Counted from the first letter of the stretch, positions 25,064 through 40,038 are shown. The stretch: 64,000 nucleotides of DNA from Eledone cirrhosa (GCA_964016885.1 OZ024745.1:111538001-111602000), one strand, 5' to 3'. The notes: generated from the letters alone by a model not told the origin. Program-made: numbers and translations.

Positions 25064-25290
25064 TTTGCTGCCATTGTAGACCAAAATCTCAACACCTTTG
25101 ATGTCACACCCTTGCTGCCATTGTAGACCAAAATCTCAACACCTTTGATGTCACACCCTTGCTGCCATTGTAGACCAAAATCTCAACACCTTTGATGTCA
25201 CACCTTTGCTGCTATTGTAGACCAAATCCTCAACACCTTGGATGTCACACCTTTGCTGCCATTGTAGATCAAATCCTCAACACTCTCAAT
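25064..25290. repeat. 47-bp tandem repeat, ~5 copies
   Basis: CCATTGTAGACCAAAATCTCAACACCTTTGATGTCACACCCTTGCTG at 25071, 25118, 25165, 25212 and 25259. Confidence 0.95.
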
Positions 25291-25299
25291 GTTATATAC

Positions 25300-25588
25300 C
25301 AGTCATGGGCCACATGCATCCCGTGAAGCTTTCTGAATAGCTCGCCTAAGTGACCTAAGTGAAATCTTTCTGATTTTTTTACCCCAACTTTTCAGCCGTA
25401 ATTTATCTTTCTATCATTTTTACTATCGAGGAAAACAATGTGTATGAATTCTGAAGAAACAATCCAAACAACCTGAGTTACCGCCCTTTTTTTAATGTAG
25501 GCACAAATGTAAATTAGCGCTTGCAGCCTGCCTGATGATGAGCTATATCTCATGTGGCCCACTTCTCGAAAAAGGTTGCCTATGCCTG
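25300..25588. mobile_element. hAT (Charlie-like) MITE
   Basis: TIRs CAGTCATGGGCCAC / GTTGCCTATGCCTG; 8-bp TSD TTATATAC/TTATATGC. Confidence 0.75.
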
Positions 25589-26799
25589 TTATATGCTATG
25601 CTTAGAGGCATATTACAATAATAACAGAAGTAAGATTTGAACTTATAACAACAGTTATCACTTTGACCTCACAGTCATGTTTGGTAATATAATTTTGATT
25701 GAACTTTCAATGAACACAATATCTTCATGGTTTAGTGCTCATCTTAAGAAGAAATTTCAACTAAAATTCAACCTATTATCTTAACTTATATGTTAAACAA
25801 TTTAATAACAGAGAATGTTATTACAAAACATTTTTCCAAACACTGAACCAGCAGGTATGCCTGTCAGGATTTTGCAAAGATCAAAGTACTCCAAGCCTAT
25901 GTACATACCTTTCTAAATGAGTCTTTATATCTGAACATCACATCTACAATCACGAACCACTGTTGAAAGATCATAATAAAGTACTATTATCAGATAAGTA
26001 AGAGAAGTATTATTGAAAGCAGACAGTTTATTTGCCAACCATAATACAGGTGAGATAAAGTATTAGACATTTGTCGTATTACATATCTATTTTATCAAGA
26101 TCGCATGACTAATCTTATGAGACAGCATTGTTCTGTGGTCATTTTATCTAGTAACACAAGCTAGTAAGGTAAGGCAGAATAGACGAAGAGAAAATGAAAC
26201 TAGACATTTAATTAAATAGTGAAAACTTATTGGACAATACAGACATTGATCATGTACAAAGTGGACAATTGGTGAGACTTGCTTAATCAAGTGGACACTG
26301 GTGACATTTCAATGAGATTCTGGCTGAAAATATCAAGTTAATGTTTGATTATGATGTTCTATTGCAGAAAGAAGTGAGGGGAGAATAAAAATACAAAAGA
26401 AAAAAGGTAAAACAGATAAATTGAGGGGAAAACAAATTGAAGATGAGAGAGAGAGAGAGAGTGAGAGAGAGAGAAAGAAAGACAGCCAGTGAAAGATGTA
26501 AAGATAAAAGCAGACAGATAAATAAATAAGAGCAATGACCATTAAAATAGTGAAAATAAGTCCTTCCATGTAAAAACAATAAAGAACACTATTTCTGACA
26601 TTGAAGCTGTTTCTTTTTTTTTTTTTTACATTAGTGAACTAAATAATGGTTGTCTCAATGTTAGGATGTCCAGCTTCCTAGCTTCAATCTACAGCAGAGT
26701 GACAAAAGAGTGTAAAGAATGTATGTATATATGTATGTATTCTTATAGGCGTATATGAATGATTACATGAGTGTATGTTTATGTGTATGAATGTATGTT

Positions 26800-26811
26800 T
26801 TTTTGGTATGC

Positions 26812-26842
<31 letters not shown>

Positions 26843-26941
26843 TACATATATATCATCATCATCAATATATATATATATATATAGATAGATGGATAGATAC
26901 ATAGATAATGATGATGATATATATATATAGATACATAGATG

Positions 26942-26989
<48 letters not shown>

Positions 26990-27121
26990 CTTCTATACAC
27001 AATCATACACACCCGTGTATATTTATATATATATATAGATGATGATATACATATATATATATATATATAGATGATGATATACATATATATATATATAGAT
27101 GATGATATACATATATCATCA

Positions 27122-27213
<92 letters not shown>

Positions 27214-27500
27214 GGATGAATATTCATATGTATGTATAGATGCGTATGTGTTTACATATATGTATGACTATATTCATGTATATGTATGTCTGTATGTATA
27301 TGAGTGTGTTCATAAGAATGTGTGTCTTCAGATATATATATATATATATGTGTGTGTGCGTGTGTGTGCGCATGCATGCATGCATATGTATATGTGCATA
27401 TCTATATATGCATACATTCAAGTATGTACATATTATGAATATATATATATATATATATTTATGTACACATACATGTATATATGTATGTATGCATGTGGTG
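26800..27500. repeat. Compound (TA)/(CT)/(GAT) microsatellite region
   Basis: Direct reading. Confidence 0.9.
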
Positions 27501-27789
27501 GTTTCTTCTTAAAACTGCTGGAAGGGAATTAATGACCTGAAACCCAACTGATTACACCTTAAAGACAACAAACTGTTTTTACATGACATCTTGTCTACTC
27601 ATTTCTAAATAAACAATACTCCATGATGAATTGATTAATTGAAAACCACGAGTGGAATCCTTTATTACCGATTTAAGGAAAGGTGACAAATAACCTTCAT
27701 TTGATTTCTTTCTGTTTGTTTGTTTTTTGTTGTTGTTGATTTTTGGAGGGGATTTCTTTTTTTCACATTTTACCTTTGCTTACATTGGT

Positions 27790-27957
27790 TATGTATGGTG
27801 TGTATGCATATATATATGTATATTTATATGTATGGATATATATATATATATGTGTGTGTGTGTGCGTCTCTATATGTATATTTATATGTATGTGTGTATG
27901 GATATTTATGTGTGTGTATGCATATATATGTGTATATTTATATGTATGTGTGTATGA

Positions 27958-27993
<36 letters not shown>

Positions 27994-28095
27994 ATGCATA
28001 TATATATGTATATTTATATGTATGTGTGTATGGATATTTATATGTGTGTGTGTGTGTGCGTCTCTATATGTATATTTATATGTATGTGTGTATGG

Positions 28096-28132
<37 letters not shown>

Positions 28133-28253
28133 TGTGTGTATGCATATATATATGTATATTTATATGTATGTGTGTATGGATATATATTTATATGTGTGTG
28201 TGAGTGTGTGTATGCATATATATATATGTATATTTATATGTATGTGTATATGG

Positions 28254-28324
<71 letters not shown>

Positions 28325-28563
28325 TGTGTGCATTTCTATATGTATATTTATATGTATGTGTGTATGGATATATATATGTGTGTGTGTGTGCATTTCTATA
28401 TGTATATTTATATGTATGTGTGTATGGATATATATGTGTGTGTGTGTGTGAGTGTGTGTGTGCATTTCTATATGTATATTTATATGTATGTGTGTATGGA
28501 TATATATATGTGTGTGTGTGTGTGTGCATTTCTATATGTATATTTATATGTATGTGTGTATGG

Positions 28564-28602
<39 letters not shown>

Positions 28603-28830
28603 TGTGTGTGTGAGTGTGTGTGTGCATTTCTATATGTATATTTATATGTATGTGTGTATGGATATATATATGTGTGTGTGTATGCGTTTCTATATGTATA
28701 TTTATATGTATGTGTGTATGGATATATATATATGTGTGTGTGTGCATTTATATATGTATATTTATATATATGTGTGTATGGATATATACGTGTGTGTGTG
28801 TGTGTGTGTACATTTATATATATATATATA
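27790..28830. repeat. Microsatellite-derived higher-order array: constant ~35-40-bp unit plus variable (TG)n, ~14 copies
   Basis: TATATGTATATTTATATGTATGTGTGTATGGATAT recurs, separated by (TG)n of variable length. Confidence 0.9.
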
Positions 28831-28891
28831 CACACTCATATATTCATATATATATATATATTTATACATATACATACATGCGCACACCCAC

Positions 28892-28922
<31 letters not shown>

Positions 28923-29079
28923 GAAGGAGATAGATATATATATACATACATAAGTAGAGATACATATACTCATTTGGCCTATGTATTTCATTTTTTTTTT
29001 TTTTTTTCATGTGCAACTTTGCTATCTATATATATAAATATACAGATGGCTGGGTGGGTATATAGATTCATGCATAGAC

Positions 29080-30084
<1,005 letters not shown>

Positions 30085-30134
30085 TTCAACACACGATTTC
30101 AGATAAAGAATCTTGCTAAACAAATTCAGAAACG

Positions 30135-30177
<43 letters not shown>

Positions 30178-30748
30178 TTTGAAAAAGAGAAAAAGAATGA
30201 CTAAAATTTTTTTGATTTAATGTTATAATATTATGAGTTGGTAGATCCAGTAAGTTCTTTGTTAACTTCGGTGGGAAGAATTTTAGAGATTCCTGGTTAA
30301 CTTGGGTTGGAGAACCTTCTGGCATTTGTCTGTTTGTGGTGATTGTCAAACTGAGATCAGGTTGTGTTGAAATGTGTGACTATATATAAGAGAGATTTGG
30401 ATGTGTCTGAGGTGTGGTGTTAATGAGTGTTGATGATGATGAAGGTCCAGAGGAATTAAAGTATACATACATACACACACACGTACACACACACACATAC
30501 ACTTGCACATATATATACACTCAGAAAATGGTGAGGTTGTAAGATAAGGGTGTTTGAGAAGGTGGTCGTAAACATACTTTCCTGCTGGTTTTATTTCATT
30601 AGCTGACCTTTGATGAGTATATAATGTCATAGCTGAATCAACTCTTCCAAATGTGTGTGTATATATATATATACACATATATATACACACACACGTTTAA
30701 ACATACACTTTCACTCACACATTTAATGATACTAATATACATACATAT

Positions 30749-31090
30749 GGAGGCACATGGCTTAGTGGTTAGAGCATTGGCCTTGCAATCGAAAGGTTGT
30801 GAGTTCAATTCTCAGACCGGGTGATGTGTTGTTTCCTTGAGCAAGACACTTTATTTCACATTGCTCCAGTTTATTCAGCTGTAGAAATGAGATGATAGGG
30901 ACTGGGGTTCAAATCATTCCACTGCAAAGTGGACGTGGAGGTGCCACGGAAAAAAAGCACCCAGCACTCACTGTAAATGAGGTTGGTGTTAGGAAGGGCA
31001 TCCAGCTGTAGAAATCAAGCCAGAACCAGTTCCCGTCCCACCCTTGCAAGCAGGGAAAAAGCAGACGTAAAATGAAATGATGATGAAATG
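30749..31090 (+). mobile_element. Full-length CORE-SINE with RTE-type tail
   Basis: A-box TGGCTTAGTGG, B-box GTTCAATTC, CORE-like CCTTGAGCAAGACACTTT..CCAGTTTATTCAGCTGTAGAAATGAG, tail GGAAGGGCATCCAGCTGTAG...GACGTAAAATGA. Confidence 0.88.
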
Positions 31091-31374
31091 AGGATACACT
31101 CCACTTTGGGTTCCAACTCATTACCAAGACTACCTAACGGTTTGTCTTGTTTTATTTACATTCTTCATTTTTGATTTTTTTCTTTATTCGGACCTTTTTT
31201 TTCTGTTTCTCCTTTGTGATCCTGTATTTCTTTGAACTCCTGAAGAAGGGCTTAAGCCAGACACATCAAACTTTCTTTCCTCTTTCCAATATAAAGCGTG
31301 AAACTAATAAGACTTTTTGTACCTCTATTTGATGTCTCCTTGAACTACATACATATCTATCTAGGGAGGGTAAA

Positions 31375-31530
31375 ATTCCCAAGATCCATGGACAAGTGGT
31401 CTCAGTCCTTCGCCATTGTCGCCATTTCCTGCATCTCCCAGTGACCGGTGTCTGTCCTTAGGACATCAATACATGTTATCCTAGGTCTCCCTCTTCTAGT
31501 GTATCCGTGTCCCTACAGAACCACTGAGTG
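31375..31530 (-). pseudogene. RTE LINE extreme C-terminal fragment
   Basis: HGYTRRGRPRITCIDVLRTDTG...MAKD motif. Confidence 0.55.
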
Positions 31531-31559
31531 CAGTGATATACATACATATATACATACAT

Positions 31560-31609
<50 letters not shown>

Positions 31610-31669
31610 TCATCACCGTTTTATGTCAATTTTCCACACTAGCATGGGTTAGACGAGTTGTCCTGTTGT

Positions 31670-32400
31670 GGACAGAAGATAAAACAAGATATGCAGTAAG
31701 ATATGCAATGAGGAGTGTATGGAAAGTAAAGGACCTTATCTGTTAAATATATATTTAGAAATGATCTACATGATGTGTATGACAAAATGGAGGAGGAGCT
31801 AAATACATATGACAGAGAACAATTGGAAGTTTCTATGAGACAACCTCCTGCAAAGATACTGATGAGACTTATGGCTGGAGCAAAGCACTAGCCAGACAAA
31901 GGGTGACCTGGTGGTGGAGCAACACTGTGGGTAGAGCTGTTAAAGAAAAGAAGCAGGTGTAAAGACTGGAAAAATGGAAGCAGCAGAGATTGATATCAAA
32001 CAGCTAAAATAGAAGTTTAACAACAGGTATACATAGTACACAAAGAAACTGAAAGCAGGTTTGTCAATGTCTCGCAATGTGAGGATTAGAGACATGAAGT
32101 GTTCCACATCACTAAGCAGTGTGTCTATGATAAACAGGAAGTTGTTAAGGAAAAGTGTGTTCAAAATGAGACTGGTGCATTTAATATAACTGATGCCCAA
32201 AAGAAAGAAGCCTGAAAATGCTATTATGAGAGATTGATGAATGCAGAGAATGAGTGGGAAGGAGAGAGATTAGCCCTCACCTGACACAACAAAGGGACCA
32301 GCTATCAAAATTGACAATTATAGGGCCAAAAAAGCAACCAGGAAGATGAAAAATGGCAAGACCATCAGTCCATTGGAGAAAGTGGCTGAGATGCTAATCA
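31670..32400 (+). pseudogene. Degenerate RTE LINE, region between endonuclease and RT
   Basis: RVTWWWSNTVGRAVKEKKQ and KMKNGKT motifs, many stops and frameshifts. Confidence 0.6.
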
Positions 32401-33561
32401 CTAGGCCATGTACCTTCACTGCAGATAGGTCTGACTCTAATTTTGCTGCTTAAGAAAATGAATGTAAAATACATGCTTGCAGGAACTCAAAGGGACAACA
32501 GAAAATTAATTATTTTTTAAAACTAAACCATGTGTCTCAAATGAAGAGTTAATAAAAGATATTTTCAAGCAATGTATACCTGTAGCCTGGGGCTTGCAAA
32601 CAGAAAGAACATGGAATATTTTGGCAAAGAAGCCAACGAACTCAAGTGCGATTCATCATCCTCATATTTTTCTCAACAAAAGCCCGAATCTCATTTATCA
32701 TTTTGAGGATAACTTACTACAGTTTCACCAAAGTTACTGGTTTTGTCCCACATTGCTATCATTAATCAAATTTTCTACATTTAACTGACATCTTCATATA
32801 GGCTTAGCTCATCATATTCATAACTGAATACCATTTTCAAATATATACATACACTTTCATGTGTGTGCGTGTGTGTATGTGAATGAATAAATATATATGC
32901 ACATATACACACAATTATATAATAAAAAACATACTTAGCAATATAACCGTATGTGCAAATATAGGAAGCACACACATCACACAAAAAAAAACACATACAC
33001 TTATTCACAAATATATACATTTGTAATAAAGCAAACACATCTACTCAAACACATATACATAAGACACAATTCTCAAAATAGATAAACACACACAAATATA
33101 GCAAATAGACACATGCATACACACAAAATATAATAAAACAAAATATATATAAAATGTCTTTGTTAGCCATTTTTTTCTTTACATCTCAGAAACTTCCTTC
33201 TCAATTACTCTGCTATGAAATTTGCTATTTCCTGCCTTCACATACAGTTTATCCTATCATCTCAGTAAGTTGCCCAACCTAAAGTTGATCCCTCCTCATC
33301 ATAACTAAATATTCTAGGAAATCAAAGAATTAGCTGAAATAGTAGAACGGTTAATATCAAATTCATTTCAAGCATAAATATCTACCCCAGAAGACAAACA
33401 GAAATAAAATAACTGCAGAAACATCTTTCAGATGAAAACATCATATGAAAAGATATTTTTATATAAGAAATTCATTATCATTACTAATACATAACCCAGT
33501 GTTTTATGGGTGGAATACTATATAATATTTAGTTTCTTCACCAAACTTTAACAAAGCTATG

Positions 33562-33603
<42 letters not shown>

Positions 33604-33604
<1 letters not shown>

Positions 33605-33722
33605 TAATCTGCTTGTTCCCAAGCATAGAATGCTCCCATGATTTATAACCCCCCCCCCTCCCTCCCCCCAGTCTCAGTACCATAGAGACACACACACACA
33701 CTCTCTCTCTCTCTCTCTCTCT

Positions 33723-33816
<94 letters not shown>

Positions 33817-33878
33817 TATGGTACTGAGACTGGGGAGGTTATAAATCATGGGAGCATTCTATGCTTGGGAACAAGCAG

Positions 33879-33883
<5 letters not shown>
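33604..33883. repeat. Spacer-less fold-back palindrome centred on (CT)n/(AG)n
   Basis: 33604-33650 is the reverse complement of 33837-33883; axis at CTC|GAG, 33723/33724. Confidence 0.95.
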
Positions 33884-33929
<46 letters not shown>

Positions 33930-34010
33930 TAAAATAACAGATTAAAGTTTAAGCAAAGAATCGCTGCTTTCACCCTTAACGGGATCTTTAGTGTTCAATT
34001 TTATTATTAT

Positions 34011-34050
<40 letters not shown>

Positions 34051-34051
<1 letters not shown>

Positions 34052-34465
34052 ATCTCATACTTTTGCAGAACCTTCCACAGCAGGTCCCATGGAATGCAGT
34101 CATATACCTTTTCAAGGTCTACAAAGCAAGAATACACCCCTTAGCAGTACTCACATGATTTATCGAAGTCCTGCAGCACTGTGAATATTTGGTTGGCTGT
34201 GCTGTGTCTGGGGAGAAAACCACACTGTTCATCAGCTAGCTTAGACTCGACAACCTGTCTACATCACTTTGCCAGACACTTAGCATAGACTTTACCAGAG
34301 AGGCTTAACAAGGAGATCCCTCTATAATTACAACAATCTCTCTTGTCTCCCTTTTTTTGAAAATTAGGGTTATCATTCATGATTGCCATTGTTTAGGTGC
34401 CTTTCCAGAGATCCAAGCTACCCAGCATACACTAGTCAGCCAGAGAAACCTTCTCTATTTAAAGC
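34051..34465 (-). pseudogene. RTE (Expander/Rex3-like) RT N-terminal fragment, inverted
   Basis: KKGDKRDCCNYRGISLLSLSGKVYAKCL...EQCGF...FVDLEKVYDCIP. Confidence 0.85.
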
Positions 34466-34469
34466 GTTT

Positions 34470-35142
34470 AACACCTCGAGCCAAATTTCATCCTCCCCAG
34501 AGCACTCTACATGAGAATGTAGTTCAAGGATCTCAGCGCTGTGTTCACAAGTGATGGAAGGCAGGAGGCTGAATTAAGTGAAAAGATTGCAGGGGCTGGT
34601 GCAGTAATGTATCAGCTTCAACATTCGGTAATTAGAAGAGAGGTAGATGTAAAAGCCAAACTTGTTATCTTTAATTCGATATCCATGCCAATCCCTATCT
34701 ATGTTCATGTATCTTTGGTAATGACTGAAAGAATATGATTGTAAATACAAGCTGCCAAAACTGGAGTTCCCCCTTAGGGTCTTTGGAGTAATGCTACTCA
34801 ATAGAGTGTGGAGCTCAGAGATCAGATCATTCCTCCAGGTAGAGCCACTACTTTTCCAAATTGAGAGATCACAGCTCTGATACTATGGGCATGTGGTTAG
34901 AATGTCTCAGGGAAGGATCACTAGACAGATTTTACAGGCAAAACCAGCCAGCAGGAAACCCAGGGGTAGGCCTCAAGCAAGATGGCTAGATAACATTCAT
35001 GAGCTCAGCTGGTCACGCTTGGGGATCCAGCCGGGTTAATTGGAGATGGCTACTTCTGACAGAACCTGCTGGAAGGAGTGTTTCAGGACTTTTCCCCCAT
35101 GATCCTCTCAGGAATAAGTGGGCAAAGAAGAGAAGAAGGAGG
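34470..35142 (+). pseudogene. RTE (Expander/Rex3-like) ORF C-terminus and 3' end
   Basis: FTSDGRQEAELSEKI...VEPLLFQIERSQL*YYGHVVRM...RKPRGRPQARWLDNI; short (AGA) tail. Confidence 0.85.
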
Positions 35143-36489
35143 AAATCTTCAATGAACTTGCTGCCAAATCTAATTTTACTGCACCTTCATGCATGCCTTG
35201 AATTGCTTTCACATGCCATTTATTGGGATTTAATTTCTTCGTTTATTCAGTACCCAGCATATCACAGAACATAAGGCTCAGTTAAAGGCCTTCTCGAGAT
35301 AAACAAACACAAATTAGTGTTATTTGTTCTTTACTAAACAATGTTTAATTTGATCAAATTAAGTACTCAATGAGGCGAAAACAAACAAATTTCATTGATT
35401 CAAATTTCATTGATTCATTCCTCTCTACAAATTTATGAACTAGTGCCAATGATAGAAACTATTATAATAATTCTTATCATAATTACAATTCATGGTATTT
35501 TGTATATCTCATGTATCACCAAGCTTAGCACTTAGATGGTGTATAAGATTTGTTCATACATTACAATTCATGTTTTGATTTTTTTCTTTATGTGTTTCTC
35601 TATGTACATTTGTTTTTACTGTATAGTGTGGTGTGTTATATAATATCTATACTGCACCTAACAGTGATATGTTTTATATGTCATGTAATTGGAGATGTCT
35701 GCTATCTATTTACTTGTTTTGTTTTGTTTTTTTCTTTGTTAATTAGCCCTAATGGGATTGTTTGGGTTTTCAATCTCATATTCTAGATATTTCTTAGTCA
35801 TTATACATAGACAGTTTCTCCAATTCATTCAAGCAAATATTTTCCTCGGCTGAGATTGAAATGTATTTAAAGCAGGCTTTTTTTCTTGTTGCTGTTGTCT
35901 GTTAATGTAGCCCTTAACAATAACATTTGGGCAACTTGCCACTAGCTCTCTCTCTCTCTCTCTCTCTCTCTGTTATTGTATATAGGAGTATATGGCTTAT
36001 TATCATAGCATTGTTATTTTCAGACAGTGTCTGTAGCATGTGTTTGTACCATCAGTCTTAGGGACAGCTAATTATGTAACACTAACACAGTTTCCACTCT
36101 GTATGCCTACTAACTTTGTTATACCAGTATATGTACTCAGTTTCCACAAAGTCTGAACATTTTCAAACAATGTGGTTACTTGCTTCAATAACTCTCAACA
36201 TCCTGTATTGATTTAACAGAAAATATCTAAAAACAGGTTTGTTAATTCAAATATTTATAGTATCTTTACTAATGGACAGATCGTTGGGAAAGTTTGCAGT
36301 AAATTCAACGAAAGGCATTAATTTGTTATTGTAATGCAGTCATAGTGTAGTTTTGTATTTTTCAAGAAAGTCTTTCTAATGATACAGTTTCATGCGCTAT
36401 AAGATGCTAATAGGTAACTGTCACAGATCTCTTTGTATGTGATATTCTTTGGCAGACAAGTACTGTTCTTGTATTGTTATTAGAACCCA

Positions 36490-36657
36490 GGGCGGTGGAT
36501 TGACAGTATCGGTAGAGAGTCGGACGCCATGCTTTACGGTCTGAGTTCAAATCCAGCCGAGGTTCACTTTGCCTTTCATCCTTATGGGGTCGATAAAATA
36601 GAGTACCAGTAATGTACTGGGTATTTGCTGGCCTTGTGCCAAAAGTAGAAACAGTTA
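36490..36657 (+). mobile_element. SINE family A
   Basis: Same core motif as 17878; another copy lies on the minus strand at 37388-37565. Confidence 0.85.
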
Positions 36658-37030
36658 TTAGAACCCCTGCAATCTCAGTTTAAAAAACCTGAGTTCTCAA
36701 GTCAGCTTTATTTTTGCTGTTGGCCTATTTTGGCACTTTGTAGTATTGAATATATTAAGAGGTTTGTGAGGGTTGAATATATAAAGAGGTTTGTGAGGGT
36801 ATGCAAAATATGTTGAATATTTTACACCAGTCCTTTTTTATAGTTCTCTTTTATATATAGTTTTTTTTCTTACTCCTTACCTCTGTCCTATCCTATTCTC
36901 TTTGTGCTACTTATCAGCCCTACATTTTCTTTTGTCTTCCATGTCCTTTACCTATCTGGATTAACAGTGTTTTTCACTTGTGTATTCATAAGAACCTTAT
37001 AGTACATATCACTCTAATAGTTTTGTGATA

Positions 37031-37258
37031 TTAACCCTTTAGCATTTACATTACTCTATATCTACTATTGTATTTTCACGGTAAACACTTTATTTCGCAT
37101 AATAGCTTATATAATATCGAATCTACGAGATTTTGATATTATTCATTTTGAGAACAATACCTTAACATCAGTATAAGTGGCTAGTTACAGCCGGTTTGAT
37201 CAGAAAGAGGTGAGAGAATTCTGGCTGTATACAGCTGGTTTAAATGCTAAAGGGTTAA
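37031..37258. mobile_element. piggyBac-like TTAA MITE family 1
   Basis: Perfect 18-bp inverted ends TTAACCCTTTAGCATTTA / TAAATGCTAAAGGGTTAA. Confidence 0.88.
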
Positions 37259-38189
37259 GCAGTCTCTCCCTCATCTTCTACCCATGTTAATGTCATTATT
37301 TCCCTCTCTTTCTCATCTCATTTATTAATTCATCTTCTAATTTATTACATTTCAATTACAGCTTATTATACTCAGTGTTTATATATTAATTGTTTCTACT
37401 TTAGGCACAAGACCAGTAATTACCCAATGCATTACTGGTACTTTATTTTATCGACCCCGTAAGGATGAAAGGCAAAGTCAACCTCGGCGGAATTTGAACT
37501 TAGATCGTAAAGGGACGTAACTATGCTGGAAAGCATGACGTCCGACCCTCTACCGAAACTGCCAAATATTAATGCCCCAGGCTTTGACCATTGGTTTATC
37601 ACTATCCTGATTGTTCTGTAATCCCAAGTTTATTTTGGTTGAGTTATCAATGATCAAAAGTCTCCCGACAAGACTGCCCGGTCTCATTTTTTCAGACAAA
37701 GTCGGAGCCTACACATTATTCATTGTGTACTTTCCTTTTTAAGATTGTATCTGAGGCAGATTTTGGCTGCTATTTCTAGCAGGTTAAGTTATCATATAGA
37801 GGCTTCTTCCAGTTTAGTATTATATGTTTGTAACATTCTTACCAGATATCTTTTTCATTCTTATGAGTTATAATCCAATCTTGTTTACATATTCTTGAAG
37901 GAGGTTTGTACCCTTACCCTTATTCTAATTATTTAATTCTGTCCCTACATAATAATAGGGACAGAATTAAATAGTTATATAAGACTTCCCTTTTACAGGG
38001 TGGTCTTTTTACATTTTTCTACCCTTCTTTTTATATAAACATCTGTGCTAAACCGCTGGCATATTTCCAACTGATTATCATTTTCAACTTCAAGCATTAA
38101 ATTATTCACATATGAGGGATGGTTTTTATAGCCTCCAAATAACATTTTGTAAAGACAGCCAATATGGTTTCATATAATAATAATAATAT

Positions 38190-38399
38190 TTAACCCTTTA
38201 GCATTTACATTACTCTATATATTCATAGTAAAGGCTCTATCTTACATAATTATCTCGCATAATATCAAATCTATGAGATTTTGATATTATTTATTTTGAG
38301 AACAATACCTTAAAGTCAGTATGAGTTACGGCTGGTTTGAATAGAAAGAGGTCAGAGAATTCTGACCAGATATGGCCAGTTTAAATGATAAAAAGTTAA
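38190..38399. mobile_element. TTAA MITE family 1
   Basis: Same internal sequence and TTAA ends as 37031. Confidence 0.8.
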
Positions 38400-38477
38400 T
38401 AGGTTTAGAGCTAAACATTGAAAGAATGGTAAGAAAGAGAAAGAGGCTTCTGAGAGATTTGTTATTTTCTCATCATT

Positions 38478-39408
38478 TGGATTGGCAGTATCGGTAGAGT
38501 GTCAGACGCCATGCTTTCCAGCATAATTACGTCCCTTTACGATCTGAGTTCAAATCCCGCCGAGGTTGACTTTGCCTTTCATCCTTACGGGGTCGATAAA
38601 ATAAAGTACCAGTAATGAACTGGGTAATTGCTGGCCTTGTGCCTAAAGTAGAAACAATTGTTATTGTTATTGTTGTGAGGGTGGTGAATTGGTAGTATCA
38701 GTACAGCGTATGACAACATGATTTGTGGCATATAGTTACAGCCCTTTACCTTCCGAGTTGAAATTCCACTGAAGTTAGCTCGGCCTTTCATCCTTACAGG
38801 GTCAATAAAATAAAGTACCAGTAATGCACTGGGGTTGATTTAATTTGCTTTCTTCTTCCCTTCAAATTGCTGATCTTCTTCCCAAAGTAGAAATAATTAT
38901 TATTGTTGTTATTGTTGTTATTCTAAACAGGAAGAAAGAAACCAGGAGAGAGTTTTATGGGGAGTGGTGGTTCTCCCTGGAATTACCCTAAAGTGTAGTT
39001 CCCACCCCCTATTGAGGAACTGGTCCTAGTTGTCATTCATTAGGTGGATTGGCAGTATCGGTAGAGGGTCGGACGCCATGCTTTGACGCATAGAGTTACG
39101 GCCCTTGCCATTCTGAGTTCAAATCCCGCCGAGGTTAACTTTGCCTTTCATCCTTACGGGGTCGATAAAATAAAGTACCAGTAATGCACTGGGTAATTGC
39201 TGGCCTTGTGCCAAAAGTAGAAACAATTATTATCATGAGAGTCGGACGCCATGCTTTGCAGAATAGAGTTACGTCCCTTTACGATCTGAGTTCAAATCCC
39301 GCCGAGGTTAACTTTGTCTTTCATCCTTACGGGGTCGATAAAATAAAGTACCAGTAATACACTGGATAATTGCTGGCCTTGTGCCAAATGTAGAAACAAT
39401 TATTATCA
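38478..39408 (+). mobile_element. Cluster of four co-oriented SINE family A copies
   Basis: Copies at ~38478, 38679, 39043 and 39237. Confidence 0.85.
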
Positions 39409-39823
39409 TAAATATATTGTTTTTAATTTCTATTACTATTATATCAACTGTTTTCTCTTCGGTGATATCCCCTTTGTTCTACTTGATATAAACCTCACAC
39501 TGTGTTGTTTTTTCATTCTAATGTCTCCAATGCCTTGGGACGACATGACGAATAAAAGCAATAACTATTAAATAATGATGGCTTCCGATTTAGGCACAAG
39601 AATAACACCACCACCACCATCACCACCACTTCCAGACTCAGCATCAACAACATCATTGGTTTATATATATAGAACCCACACTGTAAATGTGGTTGGTGTT
39701 AGGAAGGGCATCCAGCTGTAGAAAACCCGCCAGACAGTCCTATGCGAGCAAGACAATCACTCTTGCCCCAAGTGGGAAAACTCCCGTCCAAACCCATGCA
39801 AGCGTGGAACATGGACGTTAAAC

Positions 39824-39854
<31 letters not shown>

Positions 39855-39983
39855 ACATTCAACCAAGAGAGTCCAATATAAGGTACTACTCTTAAATTAG
39901 ATACCTTAGTTGAGTTAGATAGCTTAACATCTTCATTATACAACTCAAGAAGTGAACAGTAAAATAAATCTGGGACAGAAGTG

Positions 39984-40038
<55 letters not shown>

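Noticed and set aside
25532-25560. CTGATGA followed by a TGAG/CTCA stem (hammerhead-like)
   Set aside because: No GAAA after the stem and no stem I/III; lies inside a hAT MITE
27790-28830. Repeat-spacer pattern resembling a CRISPR array
   Set aside because: Spacers are just (TG)n, the context is eukaryotic, and no cas genes are present
30749-30825. tRNA-like sequence with A and B boxes
   Set aside because: It is a SINE head with no complete cloverleaf and continues into the CORE block and tail
32580-32830. Unique, moderately GC-rich segment with splice-like ends on the minus strand
   Set aside because: No continuous frame or recognisable motif; cannot support an exon call
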